From assembly GCA_035629175.1 (NCBI GenBank), contig DASPIL010000001.1:65318-129317 (forward strand): a DNA stretch of 64,000 nt, written 5' to 3'. Positions 25,717 to 34,599 of this stretch are shown here, piece after piece. Source of the DNA: Verrucomicrobiia bacterium. GTDB lineage: Bacteria > Verrucomicrobiota > Verrucomicrobiia > Limisphaerales > DASXHY01. A program made the position numbers and the translations under genes. The notes beneath the pieces are model-generated. The model saw only the letters and a list, made by a program, of their open reading frames with translations, ran no database searches and had not been told where the DNA came from. The stretch's first letter is position 1. Every line of letters starts with the position of its first letter.

Positions 25717-28068
25717 ATGCGAACTATTCTTCATTTCCAGACGTTGTCCAAACCGATAACCCTTGCGCTCTCGACTCTGTGGCTTGGCCTCGCGGTGGCT
25801 GCGGCGGCGCAGTCGAACACGCTCACCCTTTGGTATGAGCAGCCCGCGGCGAATTGGACCGAAGCCCTGCCGATCGGCAACGGCCGGATGGGCGCGATGA
25901 TCTTTGGCGGCATCACCAACGAGCGGATCCAATTCAATGAAGACACGCTCTGGCGCGGTGAACCTCACGATTACGTGCGCGAAGGGGCAGGGGATCAACT
26001 GGCGATCATCCGGCAACTGATCTTTGACGGAAAGGCAATTGAGGCGCAGCAGATTGCGCGCGAAAGATTTCTCAGCAATCCCGTTCGGCAACGGCCCTAC
26101 CAGCCGTTCGGCGACCTCCGTTTCGAATTTCCGGGGCATGAGCGAGCGGCCGATTACCGGCGCGAGCTCGACCTTGATTCTGCCGTCGCGCGGACGTTCT
26201 ATCGCGTTGATGAAGTGGGCTATTTGCGCGAGGCCTTCGCGAGTTATCCGGACCGCGCGATCGTTATCCGCCTTGCCGCCGATCATCGCGGGCGGTTGAA
26301 TTTTTCGCTGGGCGTGGACAGTCCGCATACGAACTCGCAGAACCATGTGATGGGTTCGGACGGCCTCGCGCTGACCGGCCAGGTTCACACAGGCGGCGTG
26401 CGTTTCGATGCGCGGGTCAAGGTCGTCTGCACTGGCGGAAAGACGCGCGTATCGAATCGCCGCATCGTTGTGGAGAATGCGGATTCAGCCGTTGTTTATT
26501 TGACCGCGGCAACCAGCTTCAAACATTTCCTGGATATCAGCGCGGATCCCGCTCCTCGCGCTGCGCACGATCTTGAAAAGGTGTTGCGCCGGGATTTTGC
26601 AGAACTGCGCGCCCGTCACATCGCGGATCACCAACGGCTCTTTCGCACCATGAGCCTCGATCTCGGCCGCACGGCTGCCGCGGACTGGCCGACCGATCAA
26701 CGGCTGCAAGCGATCAAGGCCACTGGAGTGGAAAAGGATCCGGCGCTCGCATCGCTGCATTTCCAATATGGCCGTTACCTGCTGATCGCCAGCAGCCGTC
26801 CCGGAACGCAGCCGGCAAATTTGCAGGGCGTGTGGAACGAGGAGTTGAATCCCCCGTGGGAAAGCAAGTGGACGCTCAATATCAATTGCCAGATGAATTA
26901 CTGGCCCGCTGAACTCTGCAATCTCAGTTCCTGCCATGAACCGTTGTTCGACATGATTGATGACCTGGTCATCAGCGGGGCGCGCACGGCGAAGAAGCAA
27001 TACGGCGCGCGCGGCTGGGTGGTGCATCACAACACGGACCTTTGGCGGGGCACCGCGCCGATCAATAACATCGACGGCATCTGGCCCACGGGTGGCGCCT
27101 GGCTTTGTCATCATCTCTGGGAACGCTACCTGTTCAGTGGCGACGAGGATTTCCTTCGCCGACGGGCGTATCCCGCGATGAAACAGGCGTCGTTGTTTTT
27201 CGTGGATTTCCTGGTGAAGGATCCAGAAACGGGCTACCTGGTCACGATTCCTTCGCATTCACCCGAGCAGCCTCCGCCCGACCGGCCGTTGCTGGGGAAA
27301 GGGCCGACGATGGACAACCAATTGATTCGTGCGTTGTTTGATTACACACAGCGCGCTGCGAAGGTGCTGGGCGTCGATTCTGAATTCAGCCAGCAACTCG
27401 CGGAACTCAGCCGGAAGTTGCCGCCGAACAGGGTCGGGAAGCATGGGCAATTGCAGGAATGGCTCGAGGACGTGGATGCGCCCAACAACAACCATCGCCA
27501 TATGTCGCCGCTCTTCGCGCTGTATCCGGGATGGGGGATCACGCCTGCCGACGCCAGGATCTACGACGCTGCAAAACTGCTGTTGAAATGGCGAGGTGAG
27601 GGAAGCACGGGCTGGAGCTTTGCGTGGCGCATGCCGCTTTGGGCGCGGGCCGGGGATGGCGAGTTCGCGCTGCGCCAGTTCAACGGCTTGTTGCAGAAAC
27701 GGACCCTTCCCAACCTCTTCGACCTATGCGGTCCGTATCAAATCGACGGGAACTTTGGCGCACCTGCAGGGGTTGCTGAGATGCTGTTGCAAAGCCACAT
27801 CACGGAGGAGCGTGAAGATGGCGGCGAATTGCGCGTGATCGACCTGCTCCCGGCGCTGCCCAAGGCATGGGAGACCGGATCCGTGCGGGGATTGCGCGCG
27901 CGCGGTGGATTTGAAATCGATCTGCGATGGGCAAACGGCGCGCTCGAGGAATGCGTCATCCGCTCGGCGGCAGGGCAAAAATGCAAGCTGCGGTACGGCG
28001 TTAAAACGGTTGAACTCAACACCCGCAAGAATCGCGAGTACCGGCTTGATGGCGCATTGAAACAGTAA
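25717..28068 (+). CDS. Glycoside hydrolase family 95 (alpha-L-fucosidase/galactosidase type)
   Basis: N-terminus LTLWYEQPAANWTEALPIGNGRMGAMIFGGITNERIQFNEDTLWRGEP and core NLQGVWN...PPWESKWTLNINCQMNYWPAE are GH95 hallmarks. Confidence 0.85.
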   Translation: MRTILHFQTLSKPITLALSTLWLGLAVAAAAQSNTLTLWYEQPAANWTEALPIGNGRMGAMIFGGITNERIQFNEDTLWRGEPHDYVREGAGDQLAIIRQLIFDGKAIEAQQIARERFLSNPVRQRPYQPFGDLRFEFPGHERAADYRRELDLDSAVARTFYRVDEVGYLREAFASYPDRAIVIRLAADHRGRLNFSLGVDSPHTNSQNHVMGSDGLALTGQVHTGGVRFDARVKVVCTGGKTRVSNRRIVVENADSAVVYLTAATSFKHFLDISADPAPRAAHDLEKVLRRDFAELRARHIADHQRLFRTMSLDLGRTAAADWPTDQRLQAIKATGVEKDPALASLHFQYGRYLLIASSRPGTQPANLQGVWNEELNPPWESKWTLNINCQMNYWPAELCNLSSCHEPLFDMIDDLVISGARTAKKQYGARGWVVHHNTDLWRGTAPINNIDGIWPTGGAWLCHHLWERYLFSGDEDFLRRRAYPAMKQASLFFVDFLVKDPETGYLVTIPSHSPEQPPPDRPLLGKGPTMDNQLIRALFDYTQRAAKVLGVDSEFSQQLAELSRKLPPNRVGKHGQLQEWLEDVDAPNNNHRHMSPLFALYPGWGITPADARIYDAAKLLLKWRGEGSTGWSFAWRMPLWARAGDGEFALRQFNGLLQKRTLPNLFDLCGPYQIDGNFGAPAGVAEMLLQSHITEEREDGGELRVIDLLPALPKAWETGSVRGLRARGGFEIDLRWANGALEECVIRSAAGQKCKLRYGVKTVELNTRKNREYRLDGALKQ

Positions 28069-28081
28069 CGACGCGAAGTTT

Positions 28082-28990
28082 ATGAGAATCCGACACCACC
28101 TGTTCCTTGCACTCGGCGCCACGCTCCTGCTGCCCTCCATTGCTGCGGCGCTGCCTTCCGCAATTCCGCCTGAGGCGCAATCGAAAGACCAATACAGGAT
28201 CGCGGTTTGTGATTGGATGATTCTCAAGCGGCAGAAGCTCGGGGCGTTTGCGCTGACGAGGGAGATTGGCGCGGACGGCCTGGAGCTCGACATGGGCAGC
28301 CTTGGCAAGCTCGACACCTTTGACAACCAGCTGGCCAAGCCGGAAGTGCGCCAGCAGTTCCTTGAAAAAGCACGGGAGTTGAACCTGGAAATTTGTTCCA
28401 TTGCAATGTCGGGCTTCTACGCGCAATCGTTTGCTGAACGGCCGACTGTGCCGCGGATGATCGACGACACGATTGCGACGATGAAGGAGATGAACGTGAA
28501 GGTCGCATTCCTGCCGCTCGGTGTGATGAGTGATCCTGCGCGGCATCCGAACCTGCGCGCGGCAGTCGTCGAACGCCTGAAAATGGCGGGCGAAAAGGCG
28601 CAGGCAGCGGGGGTGATCATCGGAATCGAAACCGAGCTTCCGGCATCCGAGCAGGTCAAGTTGCTCGACGATGTTGGTTCACCCGCGATCAAGATCTATT
28701 ACAACTTTGCCAATGCCATACAGAATCGCCGCGACGTCTCCGAAGAGCTGCGCGTTCTGGGGCGCGACCGCATCTGCCAGATTCATTGCACCAACCAGGA
28801 CGGCGTCTGGTTGCAGGATGACCCAGCCGTTGACATGAAGAAGATCAAGGCGGCTCTCGATGACATGGGATGGCGTGGCTGGCTTGTGATTGAGCGATCG
28901 CGCAAGGCGAGTGACTCCCGCAATGTCAAAGGCAACTTCGGCGCCAACTCAGCCTACCTGAAGACCGTGTTTCAATCGGGGAACAATTAG
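28082..28990 (+). CDS. Sugar phosphate isomerase/epimerase (xylose-isomerase-like TIM barrel), with signal peptide
   Basis: 302 aa. GADGLELDMG...VAFLPLG...IGIETE...IHCTNQD...WLVIE matches the AP-endonuclease-2/xylose-isomerase-like barrel pattern. Confidence 0.75.
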   Translation: MRIRHHLFLALGATLLLPSIAAALPSAIPPEAQSKDQYRIAVCDWMILKRQKLGAFALTREIGADGLELDMGSLGKLDTFDNQLAKPEVRQQFLEKARELNLEICSIAMSGFYAQSFAERPTVPRMIDDTIATMKEMNVKVAFLPLGVMSDPARHPNLRAAVVERLKMAGEKAQAAGVIIGIETELPASEQVKLLDDVGSPAIKIYYNFANAIQNRRDVSEELRVLGRDRICQIHCTNQDGVWLQDDPAVDMKKIKAALDDMGWRGWLVIERSRKASDSRNVKGNFGANSAYLKTVFQSGNN

Positions 28991-29086
28991 GCGCAGGGAG
29001 TATTGTTCCCCATCCGGCGGCAGACGGATACCCCACGCAATTCACCCCCTGCAAGTGGCTGAAGCGACCATGCAGAATCGGTCGCG

Positions 29087-30610
29087 ATGAACGGTGAACT
29101 TTCTGCAACTCTAACATTGCCCGCCGCTTTGCCGAGCGACGCGACCAGCGCCCCTGTCGCTTTGCTGGGTGTGGTGTTCGATCCCGTCACGCTCCCGCAG
29201 ACCCTGCAGCGGATCGAGGATATGATTGCATCGCGCCGGCCGCATTACATTGCAACCGCCAACATGGACTTTGTGGTGCAGGCGCGGGCCGACCTTGAGT
29301 TGAGGCGAATCCTTTTCGAGGCTGACCTCGTTCTCTGTGACGGCACGCCGCTGGTTTGGGCCTCTCGTCTGCTGGCCAATCCATTGCCGGAACGAGTGGC
29401 CGGCGCGGACATGGTTCCCGAATTGATCCGGGTTGCGGCGGAAAAAGGCTACCGCCTGTTTCTTCTCGGAGCCGCACCCGAGGCCGCAGAGCGCGCTGTT
29501 GCGAACCTCCGGCGCCAGCATCCAAACCTCCAGATCGCTGGACACTATTCGCCGCCGTTCAAGCCGTTGCTTGAAATGGATCACGATGACATCAACCGCC
29601 GGATTCGCGATGCGAAACCCGACATTTTGCTTGTCTCGTTCGGCTGTCCGAAACAGGAGAAGTGGATCTCGATGAACTACCAGTCGCTTAACGTGCCTGT
29701 CTCGATTGGGGTGGGTGCGACGATCGATTTTCTGGGAGGCCAGATGAAGCGCGCTCCGCGATGGATGCAACGATCGGGGCTCGAGTGGGTTTATCGGCTG
29801 ATGCAGGAGCCGCGGCGGCTGTTCAAGCGTTATGCCGTCGACATGGGTGTGTTCGGCACCCAGTTTCTCTGCCAATGGTTTCGATCGAGCGCCGTGTGGT
29901 TGCGCGACAGGGAACGCGGCTGCGCCGGAACAATGCGCACGCATAACTGGCAGCATGTCGGCTTGCCGGCGCATTTCGATGTCGAGGCGGTTCGGCTGAA
30001 CGGGTCCGTGCTCAAGCAGGCGATCGACGGGACGCGGCACTGCCTGCTTGATTTGCGCCAGGTGAAGTTCATTGACAGCACGGGGATCGCGGCGTTGATG
30101 CATTTGCAAAGGGCCTTGCGCAAAGATTCGCGCACACTTGTGCTGCTCGCCCCCAGTCGTTCCGTGCGAAACGAACTTGAATTCATGCGGCTGACCGAGT
30201 TCTTCCGGATTGCCGAAACCCTGGACGAGGCGCAACGAATCAAGGACTCACTGCAGCAGGAGAAGGCAGCTCCCGTCGTTGGGCAAAATCCGATTGTGTG
30301 GCGCGGGGAGATCACGGTCACGAACGCGGACGAGGTGCTGACGCTGAGCGAACGATGCCTCCTTGCGGCGTCCGAAAAGGTGAAAGTGGATCTGTCGCAG
30401 GTGCGCTTCATCGACAGCACGGGAGCCGCCGCGATGCGTCGTTTGTGCTCTACGGCAGTGCGGGCGGGGCGGCAGGTGGTATTTACCGGGATGTCTCCAG
30501 CTGTATTGAGCGTGCTTCGCTGCTGCCGGATCGACCCCACTGTTGCCGCACGAGCAGCCAAAACTCATGCTGTTCATAACGGCGAACCCGAACGGGCCTT
30601 CGCCGAGTGA
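29087..30610 (+). CDS. WecB/TagA/CpsF (GT26) glycosyltransferase fused to two STAS domains
   Basis: GT26 core: ATANMDFVVQA...LVLCDGTPLVWASRLL...LLGAAPE...LLVSFGCPKQEKWI...GVGATIDFLGG...RAPRWMQRSGLEWVYRL. It is followed by LDLRQVKFIDSTGIAALMHL and VDLSQVRFIDSTGAAAMRRL. Confidence 0.8.
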   Translation: MNGELSATLTLPAALPSDATSAPVALLGVVFDPVTLPQTLQRIEDMIASRRPHYIATANMDFVVQARADLELRRILFEADLVLCDGTPLVWASRLLANPLPERVAGADMVPELIRVAAEKGYRLFLLGAAPEAAERAVANLRRQHPNLQIAGHYSPPFKPLLEMDHDDINRRIRDAKPDILLVSFGCPKQEKWISMNYQSLNVPVSIGVGATIDFLGGQMKRAPRWMQRSGLEWVYRLMQEPRRLFKRYAVDMGVFGTQFLCQWFRSSAVWLRDRERGCAGTMRTHNWQHVGLPAHFDVEAVRLNGSVLKQAIDGTRHCLLDLRQVKFIDSTGIAALMHLQRALRKDSRTLVLLAPSRSVRNELEFMRLTEFFRIAETLDEAQRIKDSLQQEKAAPVVGQNPIVWRGEITVTNADEVLTLSERCLLAASEKVKVDLSQVRFIDSTGAAAMRRLCSTAVRAGRQVVFTGMSPAVLSVLRCCRIDPTVAARAAKTHAVHNGEPERAFAE

Positions 30611-30615
30611 TTCCG

Positions 30616-31824
30616 ATGCGCATCGGGATTTCCACTTCTGTCATTCAGCAGGGCCGTACTGGAATCGCGCAATACCTGTTCGCCCTGCTGCGCGGTTTTG
30701 CTCGGACCGAATCGGGGCATTCGTTCACCTTGTTTGTCCTCGAGCGCGACCTGCCGCTGTTCGATTTCGTTCGCCCCGCCATGCGGCTGGTTCCAGTGGA
30801 GGAGCAGTACCGGCCTCCTGTGAGGAACATTTTCTGGCATCAGTTTCATCTGCCGCGGCTGGTTCGCGAATGGGAGCTCGACGTCCTGCATGTGCCGAGT
30901 TATCGCCGCATGCTTTTTCCGCGACCCTGCCGCCTCGTTGCGACGATTCACGATCTCGCGCCCTTTCATGTCGCGGGAAAGTATGATTGGAAGCGGATGC
31001 TTTATGGCAGGTGGGTGGCGCGGGTTCTGGCTGCGCGTCAGGACCATGTGATCGCAATCAGCGGGAATACGGCGAACGACGTGCGCAGGTTCTTCAGGGT
31101 TCGCCCGGAACGCACGACGGTGATTCATAACGGCCTTGAGCACGACCGCTTCAATCCGGGTTCGCGTGAAAAGGCCCGTGAATGGGCATCGCACACACAT
31201 CAGTTGAGCAAGCCGTTCTTTCTATATGTGGCGCGGCTTGAGCATCCTGGAAAAAATCACGTGCGCGTCATTGCCGCGTTCGAGCGCTTTCGCGAGGCCA
31301 CTGGATTGGACTGGCAACTCGTGTTTGGAGGCAGTGACTGGCACGGTGCCGAAGCCATCCACGAACGCGCGCGCGCATCGTCCTGCGCAGGGGATATTCG
31401 GTTTCTCGGTTTTGTTCCGGATGGCGAGTTGCCGGATCTTTATCGCGCAGCCGGCGCGTTTGTGTATCCCTCGCTGTATGAAGGTTTTGGCATGCCGCCC
31501 ACTGAGGCCATGGCGTGCGGCTGCCCTGTGATCTGCTCCACGCGCGGTTCCCTCGGCGAGGTTGTGGGTGAAGCAGCAGCCCTCGTGGATCCCGAACGTG
31601 AGGAGTCGATAGCCGAACAGATGATTGCGGTAGCGGTGGACGAGCGAGTTCGCGAGCAGTTGCGCCGCGCGGGCCTCGAACAGGCGCAGCAGTTCAACTG
31701 GAATACAACAGCTTCCCGGACGCTCGAGGTTTACGAACGCGTTATGTCTGGTTATGGTGCCCAACGCGTTCCTGCCGCAACAGCGCTGGCAAAAACACCG
31801 ATGCCCGCCGCGAGCGGCAAGTGA
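30616..31824 (+). CDS. Glycosyltransferase family 4 (GT-B)
   Basis: MRIGISTSV... N-terminus and C-terminal PSLYEGFGMPPTEAMACGCPVICSTRGSLGEVVGEAA motif. ATG at 30616 preferred over GTG at 30607. Confidence 0.85.
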   Translation: MRIGISTSVIQQGRTGIAQYLFALLRGFARTESGHSFTLFVLERDLPLFDFVRPAMRLVPVEEQYRPPVRNIFWHQFHLPRLVREWELDVLHVPSYRRMLFPRPCRLVATIHDLAPFHVAGKYDWKRMLYGRWVARVLAARQDHVIAISGNTANDVRRFFRVRPERTTVIHNGLEHDRFNPGSREKAREWASHTHQLSKPFFLYVARLEHPGKNHVRVIAAFERFREATGLDWQLVFGGSDWHGAEAIHERARASSCAGDIRFLGFVPDGELPDLYRAAGAFVYPSLYEGFGMPPTEAMACGCPVICSTRGSLGEVVGEAAALVDPEREESIAEQMIAVAVDERVREQLRRAGLEQAQQFNWNTTASRTLEVYERVMSGYGAQRVPAATALAKTPMPAASGK

Positions 31825-31835
31825 TCGCCACGGCG

Positions 31836-32606
31836 ATGACATTAAACTTTCGAGAACAGGGCGAAGGTCCGCCACTCATCATCCTGCACGGCCTGTTTGG
31901 GTCGCTGGAGAACTGGGCGCACATCGCGCAGCAACTGTCCGAAAACTTCAAGGTCTTCACGCTGGACCAGCGCAACCACGGCAGCTCGCCGCACAGTCCT
32001 GACATGAACTTCCCGGTCCTCGCGCGGGATGTTTCGGAGTTTCTGAAGGAACATCATATTCAGCGGGCGCATATTCTCGGACATTCATTGGGCGGCAAGG
32101 CGGCGATGGAGTTTGCCTTGAGCGAGTGTGCAAATGTCGATCGGCTGGTGGTGGTGGACATGGCCCCGCGCGGTTATCCGCGGCGTCATGACGAAATTTT
32201 CCAGGCGCTTCTCGCGCTGCGACTGGAAGCATTCAGGACGCGCGCCGAAGTCGAGCAGGCGCTGGCCGGAGATATTCCCGACCTTGCCGTCCGCCGCTTC
32301 CTGTTGAAGGGGCTTGCGCAGGATGAGCCTGGACGTTTTCGGTGGCGCTTCAATCTCCCGGTCTTGTTTCAACGCTACGGCGAACTTACGGAAGCGGTCG
32401 CTGGCGGGCGCGTGTGCGATCGTCCCGCGCTGTTCATCCGCGGCGGCGAATCCGATTACGTGCGCCACGAGGATTTGCCATTGATCCGGAAATTTTTTCC
32501 ACATGCGGAGATCGCGACGATTGAATCGGCGAGCCATTGGGTGCATGCAGAGCAGCCGGAAAAATTTCTCGATCAGACTCGGAAATTCTTGTGCGGAAAC
32601 TTTTAA
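31836..32606 (+). CDS. Alpha/beta hydrolase (YbfF-like esterase)
   Basis: PLIILHGLFGS...NHGSSPHS...GHSLGGKAAM nucleophile elbow and C-terminal SHWVHAEQP. Confidence 0.8.
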   Translation: MTLNFREQGEGPPLIILHGLFGSLENWAHIAQQLSENFKVFTLDQRNHGSSPHSPDMNFPVLARDVSEFLKEHHIQRAHILGHSLGGKAAMEFALSECANVDRLVVVDMAPRGYPRRHDEIFQALLALRLEAFRTRAEVEQALAGDIPDLAVRRFLLKGLAQDEPGRFRWRFNLPVLFQRYGELTEAVAGGRVCDRPALFIRGGESDYVRHEDLPLIRKFFPHAEIATIESASHWVHAEQPEKFLDQTRKFLCGNF

Positions 32607-32690
32607 CCGTACCGGCTTGACTGTCATTTGGTGCGTTCACATATTGCCATCCGATTCCGTGGGTAGAAGCCTTTAGAAACAAAGATCCGT

Positions 32691-34487
32691 ATGTCGAAGC
32701 CCAAGGCCCGCAAGCCGGTGCAGAGCGCAAGCACGAAGAAATTGAAGGCGGGCAACTCCGACATCACCGCGAATCACCGGGATCTCACAGCGGACCAGGC
32801 TGCCGACGCAGTCGTTCAACACCTCGGTTCCACGAACGGCCAGCCGGCGACAGCGGTCGCACAGAACAAAGCCGCCGAGATCACCGAAAAAATCAAGGAG
32901 CTCGTCCGCCTCGCCCAGGAACAGGGTTATCTCACTTACGGCGACATCAATGACACATTGCCGGACACGCTCGTCTCTCCCGAGGAGCTCGATGAGATCC
33001 AGGTCAAGCTGCGCAATCTCGATGTTGAAATCGTGGACCAGGCTGAAGTGGACCGCGTCAAGCAGCCCGAGCCCGAGGAGGAGGAGGATAAATCACGGCT
33101 CGACATCCTTGACGATCCCGTCCGGATGTATCTCAAGCAGATGGGGCAGGTGCCGCTGCTGACGCGCGAGCAGGAGGTGGAGATTTCGAAACGGATCGAG
33201 GACGCGGAAAACGAAGCGAAGAAGGTGCTCTACGGTTTTGGATTTTCCGGGAAGGAACACATTGCGCTTGCCGAGAAGCTTGTCTCCGAGCCGCCGAAGG
33301 AACGATTTGACCGCGTTGTCATTGACAAGAAAGTGGAGACGCGCGAGTCGCACGTGAAATTCCTGCGCAAGCTCATGAAGCATGTGCGCGAACTCGACCA
33401 GGAGGTGGATGAGCAGTTCGCCGAATGGCAGGTGGCTCCGGAAGGCAAACGCGATGCAGCGCACGCCGAGTTCCGCAGGGCCGACCAGAAGCTGCAAAAG
33501 ACTTTCGACAAGTTCTGCTACAAACAGAAGGTCATTGAGGAAATGGCGCTCGTTGCCGAGAACATTCACGACAAGATTCAGCTCAGCATTCGCACGATCC
33601 GAGATCTCGAGACCCGGCCTTCCCCTTCCAGCAGCGCGATCATTGAATCCGAGCAACGCAAGGTGAAGGCGTTGGAGGAATTCGTGCGGATGCCCTTCCA
33701 GGATTATTTGCGCGCGTACGAGCTGCTGAAGGTTTTTGCGTTGAAGGCGCTCCAGGCGAAAACCGAGATGGTGGAGGCCAACCTGCGCCTCGTGATTTCC
33801 ATCGCGAAAAAATATACCAACCGCGGCCTCTCGTTCCTCGATCTCATCCAGGAGGGCAACATGGGCCTGATGAAGGCGGTGGAGAAATTCGAATACCGCC
33901 GCGGCTATAAATTCTCCACGTATGCGACGTGGTGGATCCGCCAGGCCATCACCCGTTCGATTGCCGACCAGGCGCGCACGATCCGCATCCCGGTTCACAT
34001 GATCGAAACGATCAATCGACTGATGCGCGTGCAGAAGCGATTGATACAGGATTTTGGACGGGAACCCACCGCGGAGGAACTGGCTGATGAAATGCAGCTG
34101 CCAGTGGATCGCGTTCGCGCCGTGCTGAAGATGGCTCAGCAGCCCATCTCGCTGCAGTCTCCCGTGGGCGATAGCGAAGACACCAACTTCGGAGATTTCA
34201 TCGAGGACAAATCGACGGAGAATCCTTCCGACGTAACAAGCTTCAGCCTGCTCAAGGACAAGTTGACCGACGTGCTCTGCAGCCTGACGGAGCGTGAGCG
34301 CAAGGTGCTGGAACTGCGTTTTGGGTTGGGCGACGGCTACTCGCGCACGCTTGAGGAGGTCGGCAAACAGTTCCGCGTGACACGCGAACGCATCCGCCAA
34401 ATCGAAGCCAAGGCCCTGCGAAAGATGCGGCACCCGACGCGCATTCGGCAGCTTCACGGATTCCTCGAAGTCGAAGATCTGGAATGA
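32691..34487 (+). CDS. rpoD: Primary RNA polymerase sigma factor RpoD
   Basis: Regions 1.2 through 4.2 are canonical ([92 protein letters not shown]). Confidence 0.95.
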   Translation: MSKPKARKPVQSASTKKLKAGNSDITANHRDLTADQAADAVVQHLGSTNGQPATAVAQNKAAEITEKIKELVRLAQEQGYLTYGDINDTLPDTLVSPEELDEIQVKLRNLDVEIVDQAEVDRVKQPEPEEEEDKSRLDILDDPVRMYLKQMGQVPLLTREQEVEISKRIEDAENEAKKVLYGFGFSGKEHIALAEKLVSEPPKERFDRVVIDKKVETRESHVKFLRKLMKHVRELDQEVDEQFAEWQVAPEGKRDAAHAEFRRADQKLQKTFDKFCYKQKVIEEMALVAENIHDKIQLSIRTIRDLETRPSPSSSAIIESEQRKVKALEEFVRMPFQDYLRAYELLKVFALKALQAKTEMVEANLRLVISIAKKYTNRGLSFLDLIQEGNMGLMKAVEKFEYRRGYKFSTYATWWIRQAITRSIADQARTIRIPVHMIETINRLMRVQKRLIQDFGREPTAEELADEMQLPVDRVRAVLKMAQQPISLQSPVGDSEDTNFGDFIEDKSTENPSDVTSFSLLKDKLTDVLCSLTERERKVLELRFGLGDGYSRTLEEVGKQFRVTRERIRQIEAKALRKMRHPTRIRQLHGFLEVEDLE

Positions 34488-34599
34488 CTTTGCCGCGCGG
34501 GCACACTCGACGGCAGAGGCACTCCTCCTTTGCGATCCGAAACCAACCTTCCTGCATCCGTCTTGCCCTCGTGCTGCGGCGCACACAGACTTGCCAGCG

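Noticed and set aside
33093-34586. 497-aa ORF antisense to rpoD. Similar long antisense or alternative-frame ORFs occur at 6057-7382, 7385-8221, 11708-12568, 14163-15728, 24515-25345, 26485-27258, 29111-30235, 35389-36153, 41831-42841, 48159-48980, 51347-52216, 57834-58793, 59930-61276 and 61251-62345.
   Set aside because: These are shadow ORFs typical of GC-rich DNA. Each lies opposite or out of frame to a gene with clear family motifs. Their translations are Arg/Pro/Ala/Gly-rich without recognisable domains.
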